Source: a virus (Duplodnaviria > Caudoviricetes). Taken from it: a stretch of 47,179 nt of DNA. Numbering within the stretch: position 1 is the first letter of the stretch; the number at the start of each line of letters is the position of its first letter. Under the pieces are notes generated by a model. It saw only the letters and a list, made by a program, of their open reading frames with translations, ran no database searches and was not told the origin of the DNA. The stretch lies in IMG/VR virus record IMGVR_UViG_3300031701_000001, positions 1-47,179 of that record; one strand, given 5' to 3'. This document shows, piece after piece, positions 1-10,038 of this stretch. A program made the translations under genes and the position numbers.

Positions 1-81
1 TCTCGGATGGGCGTGGTGGCACAGAAGGGGCGATGGTGATGCCACGCTCAGTTAGCATCTCCGGTGTGGCATTGGATAGCC
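1..81. repeat. 81-bp terminal direct repeat, identical to 47099-47179 (circular assembly overlap)
   Basis: tctcggatgggcgtgg...attggatagcc occurs at both ends, and an ORF reads in frame across the junction. Confidence 0.95.
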
Positions 82-157
82 AGTTGCTACCGAAGCGTTC
101 ATCACCGATTGTGAATGAGCCACTGGGTAGCGGGTGGTCGTTGTGTAAGTATTTCAT
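1..157 (-). CDS. 5' part of the tail-fibre assembly chaperone-like gene that continues at 47179..46722 (about 177 aa in total)
   Basis: ATG at 157 reads MKYLHNDHPLPSGSFTIGDERFGSNWLSNATPEMLTERG, in frame (99 nt upstream) with the MLTERG start of the 46722..47156 ORF. Confidence 0.8.
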   Translation of the reverse strand, partial: MKYLHNDHPLPSGSFTIGDERFGSNWLSNATPEMLTERGITIAPSVPPRPSE

Positions 158-166
158 AATAGTTTC

Positions 167-3052
167 CTAGCGGGCCGAAGCGTATTTTAGTGGTTTCTCT
201 GCCATCGCAAGAAATATGTACGAGGATGACGTGGCGTTAATGCCAGCATACGTCCCCTGTATGTTGAATCCGTTGCTCAACAAATCAATATCTACCGACG
301 CAGTTGTGTCCTCGGCGTAGGTTTCATTGGCGTAAAGATTTCCGTCGGCGGGGTTATACGCCGCCGAACGCTTGTTATCTTTGATTACCCAATGACCGCT
401 AGAAGATGGGTTGCCGGTTGACTTTATTAAAATCCACGCTGGCGCAAAATCTAACGCTACAAAGTTGTCCGCACTATTCCCGTTATACAAACCCACCTTT
501 GAATACCCCGCCTTACTGGCAAATAAATACCCCACATACGTGTCAGCACCGCCAAACGAATCAGCGTTCAAATCCTCACCGTTCCCGCTTATGTCGCTGC
601 CGAATGAAACCGAACTGCTGCCGATACTGCTCACCAACGCATCTGACCAACTCGCCTCACCAGCGGTGGTGTTCATAATGAGGTACGTCCCGCTGGTTAA
701 ATCCTTTGTCCAAACAACCCAACTGCCATTGCCCATTCCGTTGGCGGTGCGCGGCTTCGCGATGATTAACTCTGGTGTTACGGTGAGTCCGTGCGAAACG
801 CTTTGAGGGGCAGGTGAAAAGCCGCCACTGTCGTTGCCAGTCCAAGTAACTATGGAGAATCCCGCATCTACATTCTTTGAGCCGGAATCGGATACGCCAG
901 ATTCAGCCGTGAAAGACGTTCCAGCCAGCCAGTTCCAAGCTGCGTAGGTTTGGCTTGCCCCATTAGTGAACCCGCCACCACCGCCACTGTGTTCAACTTG
1001 GAATCCGTCCGAGTCGAAAGAGTTGAAGCGGCCAGATGAAGAACTCTCCGTGGCTGTGGAGCCCGGGTGTAAGTCGTTCAACCCACGGACGGAATCGAGC
1101 AAGTAATGAGACCCGCTTTGCCGTTTCTTAATCCAAACCAAGTCCGGCTGGAACCCTACGCCCGTAATGTTCTGTGTGGTGTTGCCCGTTCCGCTGTATA
1201 GTTTCGTTGAAAAATGCTCCGATGGTTTGGCGATTGTGGGGGTAGGGAGGTTGCCTGTGGAGAGTGCTTTGAAGCCGGTGGGTGGGGTGTGTGCGAAGCC
1301 AGATTGACCGAAGTCGAATAGCCACCCCGCGCCCGAATAGACAATATACGCAGGTGAAAAGTTCTCCGGTGTCAATCCCGTAAAGGCTGTACCCTGTGTT
1401 GTGCCATTTTTATAAAAGGTAAGGTCGCCGCTTCCAGATAAAGCTACGCCAATAACATCATCTGTCGTAAAAGTTGCACCGTATGATGAAGCACCCGTGG
1501 GTACGTTATACTTATTGCCATCCTGCAGGTAAGCGTAAAAATCTGATGAACTGTAAATAACATTTGATACTGTACCTACAATCGGAACCGAAAGGTCAAG
1601 AATGCCAATATAATTTTGGGCCACAGCAGTACAAGTTGCTTCCCAATACCAGTCGCCTGTTGAGGGTATTGCAAAAGTTGAACGGCCACCAGCGGTGTAT
1701 GCACCCGCAGAGTACGAAACTTTTAGATTCCCTTCCGAAAACGTCTGGGCGGATGTAGCGTCTATGGGACTTAACGTGCAGTAATTATCAGTCGGAGTAT
1801 CCTCCACAACATCCGAGGCGGCGAGGTTGGTGGCTGTGAAATTGTTACCTTCCCCGCTGGTGTCTCCCCCGATGCCACCAGCATAGTTGGAATGAATCAG
1901 CAGTTCAGTGTCGGCATCGCTAACGAAAGCTGTGGTGGGGCCAGATGAAGCGGCCCGCGCCGTGCTTGAAACCCTAATCTCGTCGAGATAACCGTTGAAG
2001 GCATAGCTTGCCGAGTGGTTAATCGAGTCGCCAAAAGCTACTGGGTCTGTATCAGTTATGTCTGTCGAGTCCGAGGCTGTGCCAACCGATACGCCATCGC
2101 GGTATAGTGTTATGGTTCCACTACTGCGGACGCATTGATAAAAATACCATTGGTTAGTGCTGGACGCAGATGACTCCACAATTTGTGCTACATAAGGAGG
2201 ACTCCAGAGACCCATATAGAGAACCATCTCATTAGATGCATTGTATTGAAGTACCATTCCGCTACCCCAAACGTAGCCGTGGTCATAGACATTCTGGCTT
2301 GCGCCACTTCCCGTGCGATACGCATAAAATTCTATCGTGAAGTCTCCAGTGCCAAACCGGACGTTTGTGCTGGGGGTTTGGAGCGAGTCTGTCGTACCAT
2401 CAAAATAAATTGAACTGTCTCCAACTTTCTTTTGAGTCTGCGAGTTAACAACATCCCCGTTGGCTGTGATGGTCGAGGCGTTGCTGCTACTGTCGATGAA
2501 TGTGGTGGATGTGGTGCTGTCGGTGAACGGTAGACGAAATCCATTCGTGCCATAAACCCCGACAAACGCCTTTGGTTTCCACTGCCCTGTCGTGGCATCC
2601 TCCTCGGCAAAGCTGGTGGGCGTTAGTGCTGTGCCGTCAATTAGGTAGACATCCGCTAGGTAGCCGTCAAATGTGTCACCCACTTTTGCGTCAGACAGTG
2701 CCGAGGTCGAAACTGTTCCCGTGACTTGAACCCCATTCACATACAGGCCCGAATTGGAAACGCAAATGTGACACCAAGAAGCTGTGTCACGATATACCGC
2801 CGTAGTCGTTAGGCTCGGAGTCACCAACTGGTCGCTGGCATTAAACTGAACCACGGTTCCCAGCAGATTGTTCGTCGCACCCAACTCGCCCCGCTTCACC
2901 CAAACCGAGAATGTCCAAGTCGCGCTACTCGTGTACGTCCGGCTTAAACTCGGAGTATCCCCATCATTAAACCGCAACGACTTCGTCACCACATCGCCCG
3001 CTGCTGCTGCTGCTGCTGCGGCTGGGATTATGCTGTTGCTAAATATCGCCAT
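167..3052 (-). CDS. Large tail fibre/receptor-binding virion protein with LamG/concanavalin-like and SPRY-like domains (961 aa)
   Basis: LamG-type motifs (FTIEFYAY, WYFYQCVRSSGTITLYRDG, FNGYLDEIRVS), an SPRY-like segment (WYWEATC, DVIGVAL, LTFYKNG) and a C-terminal GVGFQPDLVWIK module; G/S/T-rich; lies in the tail operon. Confidence 0.8.
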   Translation of the reverse strand: MAIFSNSIIPAAAAAAAAGDVVTKSLRFNDGDTPSLSRTYTSSATWTFSVWVKRGELGATNNLLGTVVQFNASDQLVTPSLTTTAVYRDTASWCHICVSNSGLYVNGVQVTGTVSTSALSDAKVGDTFDGYLADVYLIDGTALTPTSFAEEDATTGQWKPKAFVGVYGTNGFRLPFTDSTTSTTFIDSSSNASTITANGDVVNSQTQKKVGDSSIYFDGTTDSLQTPSTNVRFGTGDFTIEFYAYRTGSGASQNVYDHGYVWGSGMVLQYNASNEMVLYMGLWSPPYVAQIVESSASSTNQWYFYQCVRSSGTITLYRDGVSVGTASDSTDITDTDPVAFGDSINHSASYAFNGYLDEIRVSSTARAASSGPTTAFVSDADTELLIHSNYAGGIGGDTSGEGNNFTATNLAASDVVEDTPTDNYCTLSPIDATSAQTFSEGNLKVSYSAGAYTAGGRSTFAIPSTGDWYWEATCTAVAQNYIGILDLSVPIVGTVSNVIYSSSDFYAYLQDGNKYNVPTGASSYGATFTTDDVIGVALSGSGDLTFYKNGTTQGTAFTGLTPENFSPAYIVYSGAGWLFDFGQSGFAHTPPTGFKALSTGNLPTPTIAKPSEHFSTKLYSGTGNTTQNITGVGFQPDLVWIKKRQSGSHYLLDSVRGLNDLHPGSTATESSSSGRFNSFDSDGFQVEHSGGGGGFTNGASQTYAAWNWLAGTSFTAESGVSDSGSKNVDAGFSIVTWTGNDSGGFSPAPQSVSHGLTVTPELIIAKPRTANGMGNGSWVVWTKDLTSGTYLIMNTTAGEASWSDALVSSIGSSSVSFGSDISGNGEDLNADSFGGADTYVGYLFASKAGYSKVGLYNGNSADNFVALDFAPAWILIKSTGNPSSSGHWVIKDNKRSAAYNPADGNLYANETYAEDTTASVDIDLLSNGFNIQGTYAGINATSSSYIFLAMAEKPLKYASAR

Positions 3053-3640
3053 TTACGCGAGGGCTTTAGTGGTGGACAGATAGGTGTTAGTACCATCGCA
3101 CAAGTAGCTAATAAGGAACGTGCCAGCCCCGCCTACTGTGGTGAGGAAATCTGAATCAACCTTCGTCGTGCTAGAGGCAGCGAGAGTGTGTGCGTAGGCC
3201 GATCCGTTGATTAGCTTGATAAATCCACTCTGCCCAGCAGTCTCGTTGGTGAAGTCAATCGCCACCGCAGCCGCAGCCGTACAGAAGAAGTTCTGCCCAG
3301 CGTTGAGGTCGAAGCTGCCGTCGTTGTCGGTGACAATGGTGGCACGTTGAGAGCCAGTCCACGTCTGGTCAGCGGTGAGGTCGATGATGCCCGTTGCCCC
3401 TGTCGCGCCTGTGCTGCCTACTGGGATTCCCAGCGCGAACGTAAATATCTTCGCCGTGTCTGGCCCAGTAGGGGTGACGGTGATTGTTGCATTTTGCGAG
3501 GCTCCACTGCCGTCTACCGCCACGTTGCTGGCGTTTGCCGCTGGCGTGCCGAAGCCCGCTGCTGCGCCCGCCGCGCCATCGTTGCCGTTAGTGCCGTCAG
3601 TGCCCGTAATCGCTGTAATTTTACTGCTGTTAAATGCCAT
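3053..3640 (-). CDS. Tail fibre-associated virion protein (195 aa) with short collagen-like stretches
   Basis: GxxGxx runs; shares the GFGTP...DTAKIF module with the 439-aa fibre protein; abuts the next gene. Confidence 0.7.
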   Translation of the reverse strand: MAFNSSKITAITGTDGTNGNDGAAGAAAGFGTPAANASNVAVDGSGASQNATITVTPTGPDTAKIFTFALGIPVGSTGATGATGIIDLTADQTWTGSQRATIVTDNDGSFDLNAGQNFFCTAAAAVAIDFTNETAGQSGFIKLINGSAYAHTLAASSTTKVDSDFLTTVGGAGTFLISYLCDGTNTYLSTTKALA

Positions 3641-3643
3641 AAA

Positions 3644-3964
3644 TTATTCCTCCGCGCCGAAGATGAAGTAGTTCACCTTACTCGCTGTTGTTGATTCGCC
3701 CTTCAGAGTCTCTGCATCAAGCACCGCTACCAAATGGCCGACCGCCCACTCAAATGTTTCATCCGCTTGTAGCGTTACCTTTAGCATCCGGTCAGCCGCC
3801 GCCGTGCCGTTAAAATAAATCGACGCCACTTCGGAGGTGCTGTTGGTGTTGTGTAGCACGACAGTTTTGATTAAACCCGTCACGCTGACGGGGTTGTAGA
3901 TGTTTGCTGGTGCGCCCGATACCGCCAGTTGTCCGCTTGATAATTTTTTGTGTGTAGCTGCCAT
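3644..3964 (-). CDS. Small virion/tail-associated protein (106 aa)
   Basis: Tightly packed in the operon; beta-rich, ending FIFGAEE like small fibre-neighbour proteins. Confidence 0.65.
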   Translation of the reverse strand: MAATHKKLSSGQLAVSGAPANIYNPVSVTGLIKTVVLHNTNSTSEVASIYFNGTAAADRMLKVTLQADETFEWAVGHLVAVLDAETLKGESTTASKVNYFIFGAEE

Positions 3965-3968
3965 AATT

Positions 3969-5288
3969 TTATCCGTACAGCCAAGCTGTCTTGGCGTCTA
4001 TTGTTATGTCTGTGCTGGATGCGCCAGCGTTGTTAACGGCCTCAACCAGTTCACCGATAAAAGTCAACTTCGTCTGGGTCGCCAGCGCAGTCCCGCTTTC
4101 CTCCACGATGTCGTGCCCACCCGTGTTGTCGGCCCAGTCAGTGTGATTGTCCGTGCCGCTTAATTTGACTAGAACTTGGTCAACTGTTCCGCCGCTGGGA
4201 ACGCCGAGGCCGTTGGTTCCGTTGGTTCCGTTGGTTCCGTCTGCACCCCGAAGGTCGCTTGTGGTAAATCCTAAACCATCGTCAGACGCGAACGTGACGA
4301 TTCCAGTACCCGAAGCGTAACCAGTACCGGCCGACTTCCAGCCATCACCATTGGTTCCGTTGGTTCCGTTGGTTCCGTCTGCACCCCGAAGGTCGCTTGT
4401 GCTGAATCCTAAACCATCGTCAGACGCGAACGTGACGATTCCAGTACCCGAAGCGTAACCAGTACCGGCCGACTTCCATCCATCACCATCAGCACCCGCA
4501 GCCCCAGTTGGCCCAGCCACAGTTGAATCAGCACCAGTGGCTCCGGTGTTGCCCTGTGGGCCCTGTACGCCCTGTGCGCCAACATCCCCTCTTGGAATTG
4601 TGAAGGCGAAAACTTTAGCAGTGTCGGTTCCGCTGGATGTAATGCTCGCGCTGCTTCCAGCCGTTCCAGTGCTAACAGTTGGAGTCCCGAATCCAGCAGC
4701 GGTTCCGGTGCTTCCGGTGCTTCCGGTTGCACCAACGTCACCACGCGGAATGGTGAATGCGAATATCTTGGCGATGTCGGTTCCGCTGGAAGCAATGCTT
4801 GCACTCGTTCCCGCTGTTCCGGTTGTGACCGTTGGAGTTCCGAATCCAGCAGCAGTTCCCGTGTTGCCGATGACACCCTGTACGCCAGTGTCTCCTTTAG
4901 GAATTGTGAAATCAAAAGTCGCTGCGCTACTGCTCCCGCTATTCGCTACCGATGCGCTGCTCCCTGCCGCGCCCGTAGTTGTGGTTCCTGCTGCAATCGT
5001 CGCCGCAGTTCCAATGTTGCCCTGCACTCCCTGCGCCCCCGTGGCCCCGGTAACTACGCCGAAGGTGAAAGTCTGAGTAGGATAGGTTCCGGTGACACCA
5101 AGAGTAGGTGTTCCGCCAACCGCTACCTCCGTGGGCGTGGCGAAAGTCCAATCGGGTTGAGCCGCATCTGCGCCAGCGGCTCCGGTGGCTCCGGTGGCTC
5201 CGGTGTAGGTCGTCGGGACAGCCGCAACTTTTGTTGAGCCAGAAAACTTGGCTCCATCATCCGATTGTTTTGAAAGTACTTTGGACAT
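3969..5288 (-). CDS. Collagen-like repeat tail fibre protein (439 aa)
   Basis: Many G-X-Y triplets, 3-4 F(T/A)F(T)IP(R/K)GD modules and a 46-aa tandem duplication. Confidence 0.8.
   Translation of the reverse strand: MSKVLSKQSDDGAKFSGSTKVAAVPTTYTGATGATGAAGADAAQPDWTFATPTEVAVGGTPTLGVTGTYPTQTFTFGVVTGATGAQGVQGNIGTAATIAAGTTTTGAAGSSASVANSGSSSAATFDFTIPKGDTGVQGVIGNTGTAAGFGTPTVTTGTAGTSASIASSGTDIAKIFAFTIPRGDVGATGSTGSTGTAAGFGTPTVSTGTAGSSASITSSGTDTAKVFAFTIPRGDVGAQGVQGPQGNTGATGADSTVAGPTGAAGADGDGWKSAGTGYASGTGIVTFASDDGLGFSTSDLRGADGTNGTNGTNGDGWKSAGTGYASGTGIVTFASDDGLGFTTSDLRGADGTNGTNGTNGLGVPSGGTVDQVLVKLSGTDNHTDWADNTGGHDIVEESGTALATQTKLTFIGELVEAVNNAGASSTDITIDAKTAWLYG
4213..4488. repeat. 138-bp near-perfect in-frame tandem duplication plus (ttggttccg)n 9-mers encoding GTN repeats
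   Basis: gcaccccgaaggtcgcttgt occurs at 4243 and 4381 (offset 138); the protein repeat is DGWKSAGTGYASGTGIVTFASDDGLGFxTSDLRGADGTNGTNGTNG. Confidence 0.9.
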
Positions 5289-5309
5289 GGGGCAGCGTAT
5301 AACCTACGA

Positions 5310-7031
5310 TTGACAAGAGTTATAATCTGCGTTAACGATAAAGTCAAGTTGCGCGACGACAATTATGGACTTTCTTTTAGCTACCCAGTTTCACAACTGG
5401 AGATTGAGCTTTATGCGTTTCGGGAGGGGCTTACCCCCGACGAGGGCGGGTTGGGGCGTTATGAACATTTCAAGAGGGCTGCTGATCTGGTTTGGCCAGA
5501 TTTGATTTGGAACCCTTGGCTGGAGCGGCAGATAGAATCCCTATGTGAAAATCAATGGGTCTCTTGGACGGGGTGCGCTGCAAGTGGAAAGACATATGGC
5601 TCATCGTTGTACGCGATGATCTGGTGGCTTGCTGATCCGCAACACTCATCGGTCATCCTATCATCAACCACTGCCAAGATGATTCGCAAGCGGGCTTGGG
5701 CAAATATCCAGCACCTATGGAGAAGCTCGGAAAGCCAGTTCCCCGGCAACATGGTTGACTCCAAAACTACCCTTCAAGCAGTCAAGGGCGACGATAAGAA
5801 TGCTATCTTTGCTATTGCGGTACTCGATGGATCGACCTCCAAGGCCGTGGCCAACATTCAAGGCATTCACTCCGAGCGCGTTCTAGCCATTATCGATGAA
5901 GCGACTGACACCCCGGAAGCTGCATTTGAGGCTACCTCCAACCTTTCCAAGGGCTGCAAGGAGTTTCAGTTGCTGGCCATTGGTAACCCTCACTCGACAC
6001 TTGACCAACACGGGCGTTTCTCGGAGCCCGTTGTGGGCTGGAATAACGTGGGCGTTGAAACTCAAGAATGGGAAACCGAGCGCGGCGTGTGCATCCGGTT
6101 CGACGGAATGAAGTCCCCCAACCTTGAAGCTGGAACAACTAAGTGGGAATTCTTAATCACGAGAGAGCAAGTGGATGCTGCTATTAAGTATGAAGGCGAA
6201 TCTTCCCCTCGCTTCTGGAAGTACACACGCGGATTTTGGAGCAAGGATGGCGTGGTCAAGACCGTCCTCTCCGAAACCATGTGTCACAAGTATCGGGTGA
6301 CAGACCGCCACGCCTTTGCTTCCAAGGCGATCACTGTGGCCGGGCTCGACCCCGCCTTCGGGGGTGACCGTTGTATTCTGCGCTTTGCCCAATACGGTGA
6401 CTTGGAGGGCGGGCTCAACGGGATTGAGTTTGGCGACATCGTATCCATCAAGATCGATTCGGGTTCATCCGAGCCCATCCACTTCCAGATCGCCAGCCAA
6501 GTCCAAAAGGAGTGTGAGGCGCGAGGCTGCGAGGCAGAACACCTCGCCATCGATGCCACGGGGGAAGGTGGCGGCTTATGCGACATCCTCTCCAAGGAAT
6601 GGAGCGACAAGATCATGCGGGTCGAGTTTGGCGGTAAGGCCAGCGATCTGCCTGTGTCAGATGAAGACTCCCGAACATCATATGAAGCCTATGCCAATCG
6701 GGTTACCGAGCTTTGGTTCTCTGTGAGAGAGTGGGTTATCCGCGAGCAGATCAAGGGGTTTGATCTTGATACCGTAACAGAATTTTGCTCACGAATGTTT
6801 GATGACCAAAAAAGGAAGATCGTGGTAGAGCGCAAAGTGGAGATGAAGGGGCGCACTGGCCAAAGCCCAGATTTAGCAGACGCCGCCGCGCTGATTATCG
6901 AGATGGCCAGAACCCTTGGCGCAGGGAGCTTGAACAATAAGACGAAGACTGATAAAGAGTGGTTGGCTTTATCGTTAAAGTATGACTCCATAAACAACGC
7001 AGAACGCCTATATGCAGAGATTGATGAATAA
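5310..7031 (+). CDS. terL: Terminase large subunit (start uncertain; TTG at 5349 is an alternative)
   Basis: Walker A GCAASGKT, Walker B LAIIDEA, coupling motif IGNP, RNase H-like GLDPAFGGD, IDATGEG and SPDLADA. Confidence 0.92.
   Translation: MTRVIICVNDKVKLRDDNYGLSFSYPVSQLEIELYAFREGLTPDEGGLGRYEHFKRAADLVWPDLIWNPWLERQIESLCENQWVSWTGCAASGKTYGSSLYAMIWWLADPQHSSVILSSTTAKMIRKRAWANIQHLWRSSESQFPGNMVDSKTTLQAVKGDDKNAIFAIAVLDGSTSKAVANIQGIHSERVLAIIDEATDTPEAAFEATSNLSKGCKEFQLLAIGNPHSTLDQHGRFSEPVVGWNNVGVETQEWETERGVCIRFDGMKSPNLEAGTTKWEFLITREQVDAAIKYEGESSPRFWKYTRGFWSKDGVVKTVLSETMCHKYRVTDRHAFASKAITVAGLDPAFGGDRCILRFAQYGDLEGGLNGIEFGDIVSIKIDSGSSEPIHFQIASQVQKECEARGCEAEHLAIDATGEGGGLCDILSKEWSDKIMRVEFGGKASDLPVSDEDSRTSYEAYANRVTELWFSVREWVIREQIKGFDLDTVTEFCSRMFDDQKRKIVVERKVEMKGRTGQSPDLADAAALIIEMARTLGAGSLNNKTKTDKEWLALSLKYDSINNAERLYAEIDE
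5319..5347 (-). promoter_or_regulatory. Putative sigma70 promoter for the leftward tail/virion operon
   Basis: Minus strand TTGACT (5347-5342), 17-nt spacer, TATAAC (5324-5319), about 30 nt upstream of the ATG at 5288. Confidence 0.5.
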
Positions 7032-7596
7032 GCAAGTAACTCCCCACGGAGGGTGGAGGTTTCACGAAAAAGACACTGACACTTTGGTCAAGGGGGCGCA
7101 CTGGAGTGATCTTGTCAGTAAAGTTTTGGCTCATCGCGAGGCGAACCAACTACCCACTGACCCCGGATACGAGGAAGAGATTGAGGCATATATGTGTCAA
7201 GAGGTTGAGGATAGCTGCGAGGAATTGCCCGATCCGCCCAAGGCTGCGATAGGGATTAACGAGATCATTAGCTTCACCAAGATCATGGTCGAGTCGTTCC
7301 TGCGAGGAAACCCAAGAGTGGATACAGAAGAGGCCACCCGCCGAGGGAAAATTTGCTCAGAGTGTCGTGACAACGTGGAGGCTGCTGGATGTCGGCCCTG
7401 TAACAGCAAGGCTATCGCCGCCTTCTTGAAGCGGACGGGTGGCCCTGTGGATACTTTGTATGACGGAAAGCTGAAATCATGCCGCCACTGCGGGTGCTTT
7501 AATGTAGTGCAGATTTGGTTCCCGCTAGAAATTTTAAAAAACAACCAAAGGGCCAAGGTTCAAGAAGCCTTGCCCGAACACTGCTGGAAAAAATAA
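7012..7596 (+). CDS. Cys-rich hypothetical protein between TerL and the portal gene
   Basis: CxxC motifs (CSEC, CRPC, CRHCGC); its stop overlaps the next ATG. Confidence 0.7.
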   Translation: MQRLMNKQVTPHGGWRFHEKDTDTLVKGAHWSDLVSKVLAHREANQLPTDPGYEEEIEAYMCQEVEDSCEELPDPPKAAIGINEIISFTKIMVESFLRGNPRVDTEEATRRGKICSECRDNVEAAGCRPCNSKAIAAFLKRTGGPVDTLYDGKLKSCRHCGCFNVVQIWFPLEILKNNQRAKVQEALPEHCWKK

Positions 7597-9842
7597 TGAA
7601 CGAATTAAAAAATATTACCGAGGCGGGCGCACCCGAATCGCGCATCACCGAAGCCGGGCCTGTGTTGGACATGGTGCGGAACCTCATCAGTGCAGATGAG
7701 AAGAGGGCCAAGGTGAGGTCGCGAGTAAAGGGATTGGTGGACGGGAACGCCCCTTACAACGCAGCCGAACTGAAGCGCACGGGACGGTCTTTCCAGTGTA
7801 ACGTGAATTTTCGGGAATCCGAGGCGTTTCTGGCGATGGCCGCGGCTCCGTTTTATGATGTATTTTCGGAAGTGCCCACCTACTCAACGGTGCGAATCAA
7901 CTACGGGAGTTCTGATGAGTCGGAAAGGTACTCCCGCATTGTCACTGAGGAGTTTGATCGCCTTCAGAAGAAGGACAGTAATTTTGATTATCTGATGCAG
8001 TTGAGTCAGCATGAGATGGTGCTTTACGGAACCGGCCCACTGGTTTTTGAAGACACTACCGACTGGCGGTGTAAGCCCGTAAAATCAGCGGACTTGCTAG
8101 TGCTGGACGGAACCAAGTCTAATGTCAATGACTGGCAGATGGCTGTGGTGAGGTCTACCTACCAAGTCCATGAGTTATTTTCCTTCATAAAGAGCGAAGA
8201 GGCTGCTTCCAAGATGGGTTGGGATGTCACCTCTGCCAAGAAGGCGATCATGGCCGCTGCGCCCAAGGGGGACGGCGGCGGAAGCAATAAAAACTGGGAG
8301 TTCTACCAGCAGGAAATTCGCAACAATGATCTGACGTATTCTGCAAAGTGCAACGTTATTGAAGTTGCCCATTTATTCTACAAGGAATTTCCAACAAAGG
8401 AATTCCCGGAAGGGGCCATCAGCCATTGCATCATTGATGAGCGTGGGGATGGCCGCAAGTTCCTCTTCCGCCAAACCAATCGGTACAAGGCTTGGAGCGA
8501 GTGCGTTCACTGCATGTACTACGATAAGGGGGACGGCACACATCACAGTTGCAAGGGCATCGGCATTAAGTTCTATGCTTCGCTGGAGTTAAAGAACCGC
8601 CTTCGCAACTCCCTTATTGATGCCACGGTGGCGCGGCAATCAATCCATATTACCCCCAACTCGCCCAATGCCTTGAACCGGATGAACATCATTCAAGTGG
8701 GTGCGTACTCATTCATGCCCAGTGATGTCAGTGTAGCCCAGACCAATAATTCTGGAACCTTGGAACCGGCGATGGCTGTGGACAGGGAGCTTGAGGGCTT
8801 AATGCAAGCCAACCTCTCACAGTACCGCCAGCGTCTCGACAAGGGGGGCAACCCAAGAACGGCAACCGAGATTGATGCCATCACCTCGCAACAGTCCACG
8901 CTTGGTAAGACACAGTTGAATCGTTACTACACTCAACTAGACACCTTATTTGCAGAGCGATATCGCAGAGCAAGTAACTCTAACCTTACCCCAGATGTGC
9001 CGGGCGGGGCAGATGCCTTGGCTTTCCAAAAGGCTTGCCGTGATCGGGGTATTCCGGTTGCCGCGCTCAAGAGCGTTGACTATGTGCAAGCCACCCGCAC
9101 CGCAGGGCGTGGATCATCAATGGAGCGCAGGGCAATTATGAATCAACTGATGAACATTTCCGGTATGTTGCCCGAAACTGGGCGACAGAATGTCATCAAG
9201 GATCACATTGCCGCCATGTCTGGCTATCATTCCGTTGAGCGATACTTCCCAGTGCCGCAGCGCGACATCACCATGCAGGAAGAACTGCAAGAGGCAGCGA
9301 TTGAAAACGCCCTCTTCAAGACCGGAGCAAACATTCCTATTTCTGGGGGAGACAGCCACCCCGTACACGCGGCCAGCCATGTACAGGCGGGCGGTGAGGC
9401 TCTTATGGCTATGCAGGAGGGTAAAGGGAGCCCTTCGGAGATTGCAGGGTATCTCTCGGTCATCGTGCAGCACACTTCCGAACACTTAAATGCAATGGCC
9501 AATGACGGCTCCCGAAAAGAGATGGTCAAGGAACTGAGTAAACAGTTGCAACAGTTAAGTGCCGTGGTTCAGCAGCTTGAGCAGCAAGCCGCCCAGCAAG
9601 CCGAGCAGCAACAGGCCGCAGCGGCTGAGATGCAATCGGTTCAAGGCGGTCAAGACTCCAAGGATCAACTCGCCGCAATGCGGATGGAGCGCGATGAGGG
9701 TCGCAAAGATGCCAAGGTTCAGAATGACATGGCCCGAAAGAACGCCAAGACTGAGCAGGACTTACAACTGAAAGACGCCAAGACGGCACAGAAAATGGCA
9801 CTGGAGGATTCAAGAAATGCAAATACCATTGAGCGAGAGTGA
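7596..9842 (+). CDS. Probable portal protein (about 748 aa from ATG 7596)
   Basis: Position after TerL, size, a portal-like RTATEI motif and a Q-rich coiled C-terminus; TAATG overlap with the upstream stop. Confidence 0.7.
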   Translation: MNELKNITEAGAPESRITEAGPVLDMVRNLISADEKRAKVRSRVKGLVDGNAPYNAAELKRTGRSFQCNVNFRESEAFLAMAAAPFYDVFSEVPTYSTVRINYGSSDESERYSRIVTEEFDRLQKKDSNFDYLMQLSQHEMVLYGTGPLVFEDTTDWRCKPVKSADLLVLDGTKSNVNDWQMAVVRSTYQVHELFSFIKSEEAASKMGWDVTSAKKAIMAAAPKGDGGGSNKNWEFYQQEIRNNDLTYSAKCNVIEVAHLFYKEFPTKEFPEGAISHCIIDERGDGRKFLFRQTNRYKAWSECVHCMYYDKGDGTHHSCKGIGIKFYASLELKNRLRNSLIDATVARQSIHITPNSPNALNRMNIIQVGAYSFMPSDVSVAQTNNSGTLEPAMAVDRELEGLMQANLSQYRQRLDKGGNPRTATEIDAITSQQSTLGKTQLNRYYTQLDTLFAERYRRASNSNLTPDVPGGADALAFQKACRDRGIPVAALKSVDYVQATRTAGRGSSMERRAIMNQLMNISGMLPETGRQNVIKDHIAAMSGYHSVERYFPVPQRDITMQEELQEAAIENALFKTGANIPISGGDSHPVHAASHVQAGGEALMAMQEGKGSPSEIAGYLSVIVQHTSEHLNAMANDGSRKEMVKELSKQLQQLSAVVQQLEQQAAQQAEQQQAAAAEMQSVQGGQDSKDQLAAMRMERDEGRKDAKVQNDMARKNAKTEQDLQLKDAKTAQKMALEDSRNANTIERE

Positions 9843-10038
9843 TTTAATTCACATCTGCACCGTACTTCGAGATGACATTATTCTCCGAAAAGCACTTCTG
9901 GAGGATGACCCAAGCTGCAAGGAATCAAAGCGTTGCTTAAAAGAAAGTCAAGCCGCTTTGGTCAAGATTACCGTCCCCGTTCTTAGCCATATTTATGATG
10001 AACCTAGCAACATGGAAAACCAGTTCCACCTTAACTAA
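9817..10038 (+). CDS. Hypothetical protein (73 aa)
   Basis: ATG ORF that overlaps both neighbours and fills the operon gap. Confidence 0.45.
   Translation: MQIPLSESDLIHICTVLRDDIILRKALLEDDPSCKESKRCLKESQAALVKITVPVLSHIYDEPSNMENQFHLN

Noticed and set aside
1-81. 81-bp end repeat as a biological terminal repeat
   Set aside because: It falls in the middle of a gene, which is typical of an assembler circular overlap.
3000-3022. (GCT)n poly-alanine run at the start of the 961-aa fibre gene
   Set aside because: A short in-frame triplet repeat in a linker cannot cause frameshift phase variation.
4213-4488. Fibre duplication as a diversity-generating retroelement TR/VR pair
   Set aside because: It is an in-frame tandem coding repeat, and no reverse transcriptase is present.
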